Assembly: GCA_022813865.1 (NCBI GenBank)
Contig: JALDZX010000002.1
Location: forward strand, 620,001-684,000
DNA: 64,000 nt
DNA from: Xylographa opegraphella
Taxonomy: Eukaryota
Direction of reading: 5' to 3'
Shown here: positions 36,023 to 48,283 of the stretch, in pieces
How positions within the stretch are numbered: the first letter of the stretch is position 1
Layout of the letters: every line of letters starts with the position of its first letter
Notes under the pieces: generated by a model
Told to the model about the DNA's origin: nothing
Seen by the model: only the letters and a program-made list of their open reading frames with translations
Databases searched by the model: none
Position numbers and translations under genes: made by a program

Positions 36023-38752
36023 ATGCCAGGCAGAGAAGTCTATGAAAGCATGGACTTCTCCAATTTTGCGAAGAGCGCATCATTCAAAAGCCATAAAGTG
36101 TTCCCTCGGCGGAGGCTAGATCTGAACCATGAGTCGGCTTTTTGGGGAAATCACAGTGTCCAGGACCGAAATCCGTCAGCGTCAGAAGTCAAGGACGAAA
36201 GAAGACTTCGAGACAGCCTCATCACATTCCCCCAGGCAGACACTCTCTGCCGTCAGCCTTTGCCTTTGACGCCACCCTCTGTCGTTCGAGAAGACCCAAC
36301 ACGGAAAGTTCTGATAAGAGCGGATTCGAATACTTTACCCTCGCCACTTCCACTGACCTCGCCCGGTCTAAGCACACCCATTGGTCAACGAAGTCCTCCC
36401 ACTCCAGAGAATACTCCGCCAGCAAAGAAAACACATCAAGATAGTCTCTCGCCACCTCAGATGCTCCGAGAAGGGTCATCTCGAGCCGAGTCCTTCAAGA
36501 CCGCGCGTGAAAATTTCTCAGATGATGATAACGAATTTTCTTCTCACACTCCTCGGAACAAATCTCAGTCCGGACAAGGTTGGCCGGTAGGGCCAAACGT
36601 GGATTTATCAAGAGATGTGGGGCTTGGTCTAGGATTAAAGCTGAGTGATCAAGACAAAACTTCAACGCAACCAACGCCAAGAGTCGCGCCCGAGTCGTGG
36701 ACCTTCAGCATCCTTGAGGGAGCTTGGAATCACAGTACAGAAGCTGTAAAGGAAGACCCAGTGGTCGCTTCAACGCCTGTCCCTATATCACCCATTCCTA
36801 TTGATCAGCATTTCGGCCGGGACACTCTGACCCCTCCGATACTATCCTCAGCTTCGGCTTCGCCTTCAAGCGAGGCAGACTTGCCAATAGGCAGGAATCT
36901 CTCTCTTCGCGAGCGTATCGAAAAGCATAGGAACAGCCCGGCGAGCTTTTCTATTGAACAATTTGCAGAACAGATTCAGTGGCCAATAGATATCGAACAA
37001 GCGGACATAGACGCCAAGCTTCGTCAAGCTGATGTCAAACGTCTCTCACAGATGTCAGCGACGTCCACAGTTGTTGAGGCCATGGTCATCGAGACGCCTC
37101 CGCAGCGTCGGCGAACCTTGCGACACACAGGCAAAAATGATTCTCTTCGCACGGCAAGCTCCCCTGTTAGCGGGTCTAATCGCAGCTCGTTTATTTCTGA
37201 GGGGACTCGCCATCGGCTGATACACCGGAACACCAAATTGACAGAGCGTGGGAATCGTAATAGCCTCATTCTGGACAGTCCGTCCAACACGGGTTCCGAT
37301 CAAACGACCGCTCGGAATCAATTGGCCCCAGCACCAGTTATACCTCAACGCCGCTCATCCCTCAAATCTTCTGCTACTAACAGCAAGCGTCATAGTACGA
37401 TTTGTTCCACTTCAAACGCCGCAAACCAGTCAAATAGACCAACGACAGCCCCAACTGCTGCTACCGGCTACTTCGACATTCCAAGCCGCCAGATTCGCGC
37501 AATGTCAGGTTCATTAGAATCACCAGTGTTATCTAGGCTACAGGATATTTTACCTAAGAATCCTCCGCCTGTAATTCCCGTCAGAAGCTCCTCCTTGTCG
37601 GCGCCAACTAGCCGCGAAGCGTCGCGTACTACTTCCCTTACCTCTACGAGCCATCGCATGCAGGAAGCACAGCAGATCATACCGGCTCCCACAGCTCTAC
37701 CACTCGTCGATGCGGTGACAAGGCCAAGTACACCCAGCGAACGGGATGATGATGTGATGACTGATATAAAGGACCTTTCTGGTCTCCGCCCACGTTCTGC
37801 GCTTGTCACACCATTTTCGATGGCGTCGATCAACTCATCTACCCCTGGAACTCTTGAAGTCAGTGAGGCCACAGCGGTCAATATCTATCCGCACAACAAC
37901 AGATCCATCTTGCTTGTGCAGCAGCTAGCACGATGGAATGCAGATGGTCACGAACCATCTCCTATTCTCCCCGAAAATGCGAACTTCACTCTTACACATC
38001 CGCCAGAGCAAGTCTCGGCAGATCTCCCACCACGATCCACCCATTCACCGCTTCGACATCCTCGGGCTCCCCCACAGCCACCAAACTTAAAAATAGTACC
38101 GCCAACACCAACCGCCATGATCGAGGCCGACCATCACCTCGGACATTCCAGCCCTGATGCAGTGAGCGCCAGCCGCTTTGCGAAAGTCAGACGCGCTTTG
38201 TCTGCACGGCGCTATTCCGAGTCTTTTGTCTCTCCCCTCCGCTCCTTCTCGAAACGTCACACTACCATAGCCAGCCGCCGTACCACCACCGCAGACCCTG
38301 ACAGCAAGCTCTCTCCGTTCTGGCGTCCACGCGCTTTCTGGGACGACATCTCTGACAGCGACAGCGACCTCGCTCCCGAACAGTACTTTGCCCCAAACTC
38401 GGCCAGCACGCGGAAGCGCTCTGTTTCCGGCCCTTCCGCCATATCGCGCCGCTTTGCCTCTCTGAGACGCAGCGGCCGCCATCCACCGCCGCCGGCTGAC
38501 AGCTTCCAGAGCATGCACCGCACGTTCAGTGAAGAGAGTATCCGCAGTTATGCATACCTCGCTACGGGGAGGAAAGTTGGGTCCATACCGCTCCTCGGGT
38601 ATCAGATTCATTTCGTCAGCTTCAGGGGCTTGCAGGACATGTATGAGAGGAGGAAGGTGCGGAGGGAGGAGGGGAGGAGGGAGCGGGAACGGGAGAGGTT
38701 GAGAGGGTGTATTAGGCCTGTAGTGGTTGGAGCGGGGGAGTGGGCTGATTGA
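36023..38752 (+). CDS. Large Ser/Pro/Arg-rich, mostly disordered protein, intronless
   Basis: 909-aa ORF with short motif-like islands (SSRAESFKTARE, STVVEAMVI, EVSEATAVNIYPHNNRSILLVQQ, LSPFWRPRAFWDD) of the kind seen in Pezizomycotina hypothetical proteins. Confidence 0.85.
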   Translation: MPGREVYESMDFSNFAKSASFKSHKVFPRRRLDLNHESAFWGNHSVQDRNPSASEVKDERRLRDSLITFPQADTLCRQPLPLTPPSVVREDPTRKVLIRADSNTLPSPLPLTSPGLSTPIGQRSPPTPENTPPAKKTHQDSLSPPQMLREGSSRAESFKTARENFSDDDNEFSSHTPRNKSQSGQGWPVGPNVDLSRDVGLGLGLKLSDQDKTSTQPTPRVAPESWTFSILEGAWNHSTEAVKEDPVVASTPVPISPIPIDQHFGRDTLTPPILSSASASPSSEADLPIGRNLSLRERIEKHRNSPASFSIEQFAEQIQWPIDIEQADIDAKLRQADVKRLSQMSATSTVVEAMVIETPPQRRRTLRHTGKNDSLRTASSPVSGSNRSSFISEGTRHRLIHRNTKLTERGNRNSLILDSPSNTGSDQTTARNQLAPAPVIPQRRSSLKSSATNSKRHSTICSTSNAANQSNRPTTAPTAATGYFDIPSRQIRAMSGSLESPVLSRLQDILPKNPPPVIPVRSSSLSAPTSREASRTTSLTSTSHRMQEAQQIIPAPTALPLVDAVTRPSTPSERDDDVMTDIKDLSGLRPRSALVTPFSMASINSSTPGTLEVSEATAVNIYPHNNRSILLVQQLARWNADGHEPSPILPENANFTLTHPPEQVSADLPPRSTHSPLRHPRAPPQPPNLKIVPPTPTAMIEADHHLGHSSPDAVSASRFAKVRRALSARRYSESFVSPLRSFSKRHTTIASRRTTTADPDSKLSPFWRPRAFWDDISDSDSDLAPEQYFAPNSASTRKRSVSGPSAISRRFASLRRSGRHPPPPADSFQSMHRTFSEESIRSYAYLATGRKVGSIPLLGYQIHFVSFRGLQDMYERRKVRREEGRRERERERLRGCIRPVVVGAGEWAD

Positions 38753-41333
38753 AATTTCTCTATGTGCTGTGTGGTGCCGGGACGGGTGGTTAGGGTGCTT
38801 TGTGGGGATGTTCTCATGGGCGGGATCCTTCCTCAGCGGAGGGAGGGGAGGGCATTATTTGGTTTCATTTCGTTTCATTTGGCTTGGCTTGGCGCGACCT
38901 GACGATGACGATCATGATCACGATAATGATGGGCGCGGAATTGATCTACGATTTCTCCTTTGCACGATACGACACGATGCGATGCCATGAGGTCGGAGAG
39001 GGGATTAGCTGGCTTTGACGAGCTGACGATTCGGGGATGCAGCTGGCTGTTTTCTGCTTTCAGCTCGCGCGCTCAATAGGCTAGGTAGCAGTGAAAAGGG
39101 GAAGAATGGTTGTGCAATGCATCTCGTTATTGCTATCCAGCCGTTCTGACCATGTCCCACCATTCTTGGCCACTTCCAGGCCACTACCAAAGCCGAGCTC
39201 TGCACCGCTCTGCCGCTCTGTTTTCCCAGCACCTTCTGTTCTTCTGCTATGACAAATATACCTTGCCTCGATGTCAGTATCTATCGAGCCATCCCTTCGC
39301 TGCGCGCGGGCTCGGTTTCTCCGCTGACTTGGTGTCTGTTCTCCTGCTGGGAAAGGGGATGGGGAATTTGTAGTTGGTAGGGTTACTTTGTTGGAGGTGG
39401 AGAGGTGGAGAGGTCGAAGGGCGTGGGGGTGGAGGTGAGCAGGTGAAGGGAAGATGGGAGTGACTTTGGTTGTGGCTGCGAGGTATACCTCGTTACGGCC
39501 TAGTCTGGAATTTAGCGTGTTACGGCGTGCAGACGTTCTTGATGTCGGGATCTTGCCTATCGTTTACATATATCTCTTGAATAATGAGATAACTATAACA
39601 TAAGCCATCTATCAAGAAAATACTCCATCAGGCCTATCACCCTTATTGATGTCTGAATGACTCTGCAGGAATGGCCGCGGTGTGCATCAAGGTGGCACCA
39701 CTAAGGCTTAAGGTCAGTCGTAGAAAATGACTGGAATAGCAAGTCAGGAATATTTATTTCTGAGATCGTCGGTCCGAGAACCAATGTGTTTGCTACAGGC
39801 TCAAGTAATATATAAGCTGCCTGTCGAATCGTGCATCTTTACTGTCTTCCTCCACCAAATACCTATCTTGCCGAAGCCGCAGTTTAGGGGTCGAGCGCTG
39901 TGAATCTATGACCGGTTGCTGCGTTTATGCCATGTTGAACTTGGTGTGCTATCATATGGCAAGCTGCGGCTATGAGCAGATTAGCCCTTTATCGTCTTAC
40001 TCCAAACTGGGTGAAAGCCTTCTGTGCAAAGATAACTTCGGCTATCTTGGCGACTGGTGCTATACTCGATCTCATGTTTCAGCAAGGACTTACGGCGTGC
40101 TATTAGATATAAGCTGCTCGAGAGGACTTGATGGCTAGGTAGTCTTGACTCTGATCACTTGACGAGTTGGTGTTTAACTTGTCTGTACCTATTGCTATTG
40201 CGGGATCTTGGTGCCTAAGTATGTGGGTGATTTTGGCAGCTACTTAGATACCGGCGCCCTCTCCTATGGTAGATTATGTTTGTGTCGTCTGTTTTGATTG
40301 GGTGTTGCTAAGGGTATACGAACGTTTTTGAATTTTCGTATCTTGGTTACTGGGACGATTTTATCTCTATCGGAAGACAAGCAGCGACATATCCGCTTCG
40401 AATCCTCGGCCCTCATTACTGAAGGCGCAGCAGAACTCCGCCAGAGAGATTCTCCTCGTCCGCTTTCTTTGATAATCATTCAATACTGATGAGTTGAGAT
40501 AGAAATACCGGTGAACACGATTCATAGCAGCCGATGGTGAATGCTTTGTCTTTCTCGTAAGTGATGGATACAGGCGCCGCTCACTGACCATATCTCTTAC
40601 ACCTTTCGGTCTTAAGCTAGGTCACAATCGAGAGTCGGACCTGCGTCAGTCTACAAGATTCGCATGCAGTTGAACCACGGAGTGTGGCTGCCGCGAACTC
40701 GCGCTTGTCATATGCGCAATAACTGTCTTCAGTTTTGTACAATTGAACAGATAAAAACAATGCCAATATGCCGAGACTTGTCTCAGCCGAGACAGACGTT
40801 CTTTGAGGGTTCGAAATCTTCTTGGCCGAAATATCGGACATCCGTGCTCTGAGACAGTGAGCAATGTATTGCTGAATCATAAAGACAAAGGATTTCGAGA
40901 ACCCCTTTTCACGCTCAATGTCGAGATACCAAGCAGAGCCTACTTTGATCAGTCTTCAACAATGTTCCAGTCTGGTACCATCTAAAAGTCAAACTCAGGC
41001 GTTCTACGCCAATTCGATACACACAATGTAATCCTGAACCCATGTTCGTTTCGATGCTGGTTGACTGATGTGTTCCTTTCCTATAATGATCTGCATTCTT
41101 TCCTGCTTTCATTCTTCAGTCCACTTCTCTTCATTCCAACTACATTCGCCTGGTGCGAAATACACATCTACCAGCTTTTCTCCTATTGCAAAATCTCGTA
41201 CCCTTGAGTTTTCACTTCCATAGCCTATTCGATTATTTCGTTCCGTTCACCACCTACCACTTCAAGAATCCAGCATTGTTGACCAACGCTTTCTTTATAT
41301 ATTCCGACTACTAATACTGGAATATTGGCCGAT

Positions 41334-42206
41334 ATGAGTAACACGGAAAAATGCGGACTTGCGACGGAGGAAAGTGAGCCCCTATCGTTGTCCGAATCCG
41401 ATCAAGACCTATTACCACACCAGTGGAACCTCACTCAACAAGCTCACAAGGAAATCAAGAAAGCTATCCAAGCCAACGCAGAAGGTAAAGCTGAGGAAGC
41501 TTCACAAGTTAAGGATCTTGACGACATATTTGAAAAAGGCGATAATCAAAACAGCGATTCTCTCCCAGTGCATGTTACATACTATGGTCCCCGCCTAATC
41601 GATGTTACAGCATATGAGAATTACAACGATGAGGAGCTACTAAATGCCGAACTGAAGCTCGCGGAACTAATGTTTAAAGTGCAAGACAAGTGCGAGAGTT
41701 TGATTGATATCTACGAGAGATTTCTATTAAAGTATAACGGCTTCGGCGATTGCAGAGGGAAGTCCAAGCCGTCGGTACCTATGTGTACGGTCATGAAAGG
41801 CGGCGGTTTTCTAAAATGGAGCTCTTCTGCCCTAGGAGCGAGTACGGATATTTCCGGCTCAGAGACCAGGGTCGAACGGAGAGTCGAAAAATTGACCGAG
41901 GCCCTCAATAATCGAAGCGGAAAGCGCAAAGATCATCTCTCCAGTTGGAGCTGTGGGGAACAAGGCTGTCAAAATAGAATTGCTCAGGAGATGCTGAAGC
42001 ATTCGATGGCGACTGAAGGCAAAGCGCCAACTACAGAACATCTCGCCCAGAAATTTGTCGACACTAAGTACAAGTCCCTGTCATTCAAATCCCGGGGTTC
42101 TTATGATAAGATCACTAAGAAATGGGTGGTGCAAATGAATCACCAAGAGTTCGAGCCTGGCTGTAACAAAGCACACCACAACTCTAACTCTACCGAGGAC
42201 CTCTGA
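41334..42206 (+). CDS. Hypothetical protein
   Basis: About 290-codon ORF preceded by a pyrimidine-rich leader; no recognised domain; a possible shifted-frame continuation runs to about 42360. Confidence 0.55.
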   Translation: MSNTEKCGLATEESEPLSLSESDQDLLPHQWNLTQQAHKEIKKAIQANAEGKAEEASQVKDLDDIFEKGDNQNSDSLPVHVTYYGPRLIDVTAYENYNDEELLNAELKLAELMFKVQDKCESLIDIYERFLLKYNGFGDCRGKSKPSVPMCTVMKGGGFLKWSSSALGASTDISGSETRVERRVEKLTEALNNRSGKRKDHLSSWSCGEQGCQNRIAQEMLKHSMATEGKAPTTEHLAQKFVDTKYKSLSFKSRGSYDKITKKWVVQMNHQEFEPGCNKAHHNSNSTEDL

Positions 42207-43442
42207 TTCTACCGAGCAGTCAAATAAGAAAGCGTATGGCTGTACAGACGTCTTCATCGAGACCGGGATTGTCGATCTAGCTGACGACGCCAATGCATTG
42301 CTTCGTCGACAGCGGGACGACTTGGACTTCTACGAACGTCGCATGATCGAGAGTTCTTAACACCGCTAATGAAACCCTCGAGCCTGGTAGCTCGTGGGGG
42401 GTACAGTACAGAAGTTCACGGCGTTTGATGACGCCAGTCGGAATCATATATCGTCTGGTACGGCTTCCGTCCATGATTCTCCATTGAACAGGCGTGGCAG
42501 GACCACGCCACTATGCCTGTGGCAAGGAACGACAACAGCAATGACAATGGCAGGGACGTTACACTTGTTTAATGCTTAATCGTAATTCTAGTTTAGCTGC
42601 TCTATATTAATCCAATCCTATTCTTCCACCATCATGTCGTCTCTCCCCCGCCTGTACCTCTCTTACCAACGTGCGAACCCACCCCCTCCCCTCCGCATCT
42701 CCACACAACAAGTCCTCACTCTTTTCGCTCTCTCCGCACTTCCCCTCCCCCGAGCAAATCACTCCCTCCCATATCTCCAATTCGCATCCACAGAACACCT
42801 TATCCATGCCATTCTTCTGACTGAGAAACCGTCCCCATCTCCCAAGCCCATCCCGCCTCACCAACAATCCCGTCCCCCCTTCCGAACCCCCATCATCGTC
42901 GTCGTCCGACTTGCCCCTGAGCCATGCATGCTCCGAAGACATGTAAATGTACAGAAACATCGCACTTCAGGTTCAGGTGAGAAGACGAGCAGGGACGCAG
43001 CGTTGCGGGTTATTCAAGAGGTGCAGCGGCGGTGGCGCGGAAAGGTGCCGAGGGCAGTGCTATGAAGGGACAGGGAGAGGAAACATCACGCGTAGAAGCC
43101 ACAGGCTCCCATGTTCGCGAACGAGGCTGGCGGCGAGTTCAGGACAAGATTGGTTACGAGAACGCTTGACACAAAGGAAAAGCATCACAGGTGCATGACA
43201 TGGTCCACGACATGCAAATCCAATCACGGAGCATGAAATGAAGAAGCCCGGTGATCCGGATTGAGGCGAATATCCACGAGCCAGTTTCTGTACAATTACA
43301 CGATATAGATACCCTATGATGAACGCCCGGAGCCGCTATGCGCATGCCAAGAGGGGTGGGTGAAACGGACACAATGAGTTCCCGCGGGCCATTGCCCCGA
43401 AGCCGTGACTGTCTATCCCATAATTTACCACGCTCCATTACC

Positions 43443-45296
43443 TCAACTGGGCTTCTCCTTCGGCGCGCCCCCGAACCAGCCAGTCAGCCCGGCCGTCATC
43501 CCCTTCATCGCTTCCTCCTTGGCTTTTTCCTCCTCGGCGGCCATCTCTTTGAGCCACTTGTCTCCGTTTTGCCGAATCTCCCTTTCGAGCATTTCGTACT
43601 GCTTCTGGCCCCTCTCCCGGATCTGATCTTGCAGCATCTTGCCTTGATCGAAGCCTTCGCTGAAACTTCCTCCTTCGGGTCCCTCCATACCACCAGGTGG
43701 AGCCTTGATCCCCAGTGCGCTACTTAAGAAACCGAGTGACCGCTTGGGTTTCTTCGCCTTTTCCCCGGCCAATTGGCTTTCGAAGCGCTCCCGCGCCTTG
43801 GCTTCCCGAGCGGCAAATTCAGTAGGAATGTCGGTGCCAGCGAACGACTTGAGGACGTCTCGTGTATCGTCGAATTGAAGTGCGGCAATGTACTCCAGGA
43901 ACGGGATCAACGAAACGAGTCCTTTATCATTTGGATTGCCGTCCCATTTCGGAAGGATGATCGCGTTTTCGGGCTGGTATTTGGCATGAGAGGGAACGGT
44001 GTCAATGAGTATGACTCGAGATAGAGGACGGTTGAGATATGAGAGATCCTAGAAGAAGCAGCTTAGTAGATGCTAGCGGCCATGAAGAGTGTTACGACTT
44101 ACTTTGATGTATTCGCCGTTCTTATAGCGCGTGGCCTCGCGATAGAGAGGCCACATTATTATTCGATAGGGATCTAGTTTTCGGTACCATGGATCGGCCA
44201 TCATGCTTGGCTCACTAGTGAAGATAACCAATTCATAGTACTGACTGAGGTAGCGGAGGAAATAATCCACTCCTGGCCTCTTTGCCATCCTCCAACCGTG
44301 TTCCCTCGTCCACTCGCTGTGTAAGAGGAGGTCTTGCATGCTGAGGACCAGCGTATAGGGCCTTTCCCAAGCAGGGTCTGGGTTGGGTAACAGTTTTGGA
44401 AAAGCAGGCTCGTTGTAGTAATCCAATGTGGATCCCAGACGGGCTTTCACTCGATTGTAAAACTGACTAACGCCCCACCCTGACGGCGCATCAGGATGTT
44501 TCCGTTCTTCCTCTTCCGTCTCCCAGTTCCTTCCCAAGTATACCGGACCTGTGACTGCCAGCAGAAACATGCTCACAAACATCCAAGAGTAAAGGCGATT
44601 TCGCCGTCTCTCCGCTGATGTTATATAGGCACTTGCCGGCATCTGTCGATCTCCCCGGCCACCACTGGATGTTCTGGCTATCTCAGAAGGCTCAGGCCTA
44701 CCGGCCGAGGCGGACTCAGCTAGCTCCGTATCGAGCGTTGACGGTATGCCCTGGGTCAGATCATGTAATGGCATCTTGACCTCCACATTCTCCTCCTCTT
44801 GTTTTCGAGCTTCGGCTGGGTCTATGGCGGATGGTGAGGTACTTTGGGGAGTGGTGTTTTGGTCTGATGTGGACGATGTCTTGAACTCATCCTGTAATGT
44901 CGAGTACTCCGGATGAGAGCTGGGTTTGGTGTACTTGATACCGGTAATTCCTGGACCTATCCCACTTGAGGATGGGATATGGTTGTCCTCTGTCGCTTTG
45001 GCACTTCGAAACTCATCCTGAGCTTCCGAGGAGTTAGGGGCTCCTGACTTGTTACTGCTTTGGGAAGCGGCGTCAGTGGCTGCAGCTCCAACAGAACCGA
45101 AAATCGGCTGTTGTGCCTTTTTCGAGTCTAGAGTATTGCGCGGAGCTGGGACAGCACGAGCTGGTGGTGTATAAGCAGTAGGCTTTCGGGGCTTCGTATT
45201 CTTTGCTAATGTCCTAAGCTGGAGATATGGTAGGGCAGCTTGTACTGCTGCAGGACGACACCGTAAGGTCCGAAAAGCTACGCGTGGTAGCATCAT
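43443..45296 (-). CDS. TIM50: Mitochondrial import inner membrane translocase subunit Tim50; intron 44049-44102
   Basis: Arg-rich presequence, single TM, PYTLVLSMQDLLLHSEWTREHGWRMAKRPGVDYFLRYLSQYYELVIFT, KDLSYLNRPLSRVILIDT. Confidence 0.96.
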
Positions 45297-45756
45297 GAGG
45301 TCGCTGAGCCTAGGCGCACGAGATCAAATGGCCTGCCATGCTGTGCCTGGGTATGCTGTATCCGCGCTCTGGGTTCCATGATCGTGAGTCCCCAAAATTT
45401 AACGATTTCATCGGTCATGCGGCAAAATAGATGTTCCGGACTGCCTAGATCTTTCAATATTTTCCTTTTCTTCTGGATTTTTCTTCTTCAGAAAGTTGAA
45501 ACTCGGTAACTCAGAATTTGACGCGGTGTTCCTTACCACGATGAACACGGAGTTGTATTAGTCGAGGAGATCAATGATCCGTCAGTCGTGCCCCCAAGAA
45601 CGACAGCTAGGCATCCCATGAGCTGATTTCGTCCCGTTGGTATCGACATAGCTCGTTGCCCATCACAATGTCTCTAATGAGTGCTGTTTGGTGCATTTGA
45701 CTGCACCATCAAAAGAATCCCGACACGTCCTTTCTTCCTAGTCTCCTCTTTCCTAC

Positions 45757-46443
45757 ATGGAAACCTCAATTTCCTCACTCTCTGACGTCGGAAAATTCAA
45801 ATCTCATCGAAAAGCTCATAAACCTTTTCGATTTTTTGATCTACCAGCGGAGTTGAGAAACAAAGTTCTCAGCTACATACTATGTTTCAAAGGGGTTATC
45901 GACATTAATTTTGATAACTTCAGGCGCATATCGGTATTCTTGGTATCAAAAAGATTTCATAACGAGGCGGCTGCCGTTTTATATGGCAGCAATACCTTCC
46001 GTCTGTTCCCCACAACTGGCCGAGCAGATAGCAAGAGAACAAAGCCCTTGATCTCTCGCTTTCCGCCTCACTACCGCGCCAATCTTACATCGTTAGAGCT
46101 ACGGTTGGGGCCCTTCTGGACCAAACCGCCTGCATGCTGGAAGGTGAATGATGCTCTTGGGCTAAAAGACGCGACTGCTGTCAGGGTTCTCAATGTGTTC
46201 GTTGAAATCGATCCTACGCATCCGATCTTCCATGGCTTTCGGAGTGGAAAGAACTTCTACACCAACTTTTCAGGAGCATTGTTGGGGCAGGTCATTTCTT
46301 ATTTGCCAAGTCTAGAAGAAGTAAGATTCGACAAATACCCGTCAGTCTCTTTTGAGGGTCAACTGATGGCTAGATTGATGGAGGAAGCAAGGATTGGAAA
46401 GAAGAGCATAACAATCATGCGAGATAAGAATTTGTCAGCGTAG
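45757..46443 (+). CDS. F-box-like domain protein
   Basis: PFRFFDLPAELRNKVLSYIL, FLVSKRFHNEAAAVLYGSNTF, LELRLGPFW. Confidence 0.8.
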   Translation: METSISSLSDVGKFKSHRKAHKPFRFFDLPAELRNKVLSYILCFKGVIDINFDNFRRISVFLVSKRFHNEAAAVLYGSNTFRLFPTTGRADSKRTKPLISRFPPHYRANLTSLELRLGPFWTKPPACWKVNDALGLKDATAVRVLNVFVEIDPTHPIFHGFRSGKNFYTNFSGALLGQVISYLPSLEEVRFDKYPSVSFEGQLMARLMEEARIGKKSITIMRDKNLSA

Positions 46444-46622
46444 TTCAAGATACAAGTGCCTCCGATGCGCACTCCTATCGTCAAGCTCTAGTTGCGCTCA
46501 CTTTGAAATGTTTTTGTTTATAAATCTACATGTTGAACTCTGACATGTACGAATTCAGGTGCACAATTACAGGTGCACAACAGAGGTGCCCGTAACGGAA
46601 ATTATTAATCTATTCTATTATG

Positions 46623-47865
46623 TTACAGCTCTTCGTCAACATCCATTGAGCCATTTTCGTGTCCATTCGCCTCTCCGTTCGTCGTTGCCACTGATGCTTC
46701 TTTATCTATCATCTGTCTCGAAACAGATACGATATTGTCTTCGATGAGTTGCTGGCCTACATCCTCCAAGTCTGTGGCCCCACGTCAGCATGCCCATAGC
46801 TATGTCAGTGCTTATTGAACGTACGTTTCTTTGGATCCAACTTTCCCACATATCTTGTCTTGAGTTGTTCTTTTGTAAGCTCAGTCTCCTCCTTGACTCG
46901 CCTCTCATAACCTTCCGCTAGATCTACTAGTCTCTTCAACTTCTCCTCGTTCTTCCCACCCTCTTCCCGAAAGTCGTCCATTTGTAGAGCCTCAGTCCAA
47001 ACATGCTTGTGTAAGTTCATCAACATATTCTCCTCCAAGCCTGTCTTCCGATAGTTGATCCCTATGCTGTAATAATGTCGATTGAGACCGTGGATAAGTG
47101 CTTGTATTGATGGCTTATTGAGGTGCCCGAGATTAGACGTAGTTTGCCGGGGTTCATGGCCCATCATCAGAGTTTGCGGATTTATAAGTCTGAAGGCGTC
47201 TATTACGACTTTGCCCTTGACGGATTGTATAGGGTCGACAACCACAGCAACGGCACGAGGCGTAAGTTGTTCGAAGGATTGCTGTGTATTGATATCAACT
47301 GAAGATAACCAGCAGCCAAACCCTGGATGTGAGTGGTACCACCCTACGACGGTCTCCGGCCTATTTGAAAGTTAGTATTCTTGCGTGACTAGTCTTGACC
47401 AAAAGCCCGGCGCCGCAAGAACTGACCTTCCTGTTTGACGTAACATGTCCATCATTTTTGTCTGAAAAACAGGATCCACCGCCTCGACACTCACACCTGT
47501 TCCACTTTGTGGCATGGCGAACACGTCCACCACTCTCACTGTGTAGTCGTCCACGAACTCGCCGAGCATCAAGCCCATAACTTCCATAGGCACACCAGCT
47601 CGCCCATGTCTTAGCATCTTCAGAAGTGCAAGAGAGGATATGTAAACGGTTTCTGAATTATCGATGAGGTTGGTGTCCTAGCGAAAGCATATATAGTGAG
47701 TGGTTTGAAGATGGCTGAGAAACAGGATATGATAGGAGCAGCACAGGCTAAAGCCCTCTCATCGTCTTCTTCAATAGCTATGAGAGTACTTACTGCACCT
47801 GCACTTGCTGAGCCCGGCCCCCCCATACCAGCCGCCGCTGCCATCATTCTATTGAGTCGGTCCAT
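46623..47865 (-). CDS. RPN11: 26S proteasome regulatory subunit Rpn11 (JAMM/MPN+ deubiquitinase), 4 exons
   Basis: MDRLNRMM..., [48 protein letters not shown], last exon [15 protein letters not shown]...DEEL*. Confidence 0.97.
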
Positions 47866-47883
47866 ATTTATGGTACTGAGAGA

Positions 47884-47920
47884 GGCGAGGTAAGGCGAGG
47901 TAAGACGAGGTAATGCGAGG
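47884..47920. repeat. Imperfect 10-bp tandem repeat just upstream of the RPN11 start
   Basis: GGCGAGGTAA GGCGAGGTAA GACGAGGTAA TGCGAGG. Confidence 0.7.
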
Positions 47921-48283
47921 AGGAGAGATAGGAAGTCCCCGTCGCAGATGAAGGTGCTTCGTCGGAGATAATCGAGGGATGATGTTTATATATTGAAAAG
48001 CTCCAAAGCTGCTGCAGGGAAAGGTCCGCAGCGTCTATGTGAAGCACCTCCGGTTGGGTTAGCTCGGAGCGCCTAAGATATCTTACCTATTGTCCGGGGT
48101 GCCGGGAGCTCTTCAGCCTTATCACTATTGTCCTTCCACCCAGCCATCCTTTTAACTTCATCAATAACAATTCGTTCTCAAGTTTTGGAATCTTCACTAC
48201 CTAGAACAACGCATTACTTCTTTTACTCTGTAGACCTCGCCTCTTGGGAATTTCGATGAAGTAAGTCTTGAATTCTATCGACG

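Noticed and set aside
42607..43065. Overlapping plus and minus ORFs in a C-rich tract
   Set aside because: No recognisable domain or splice model; the coding strand cannot be decided.
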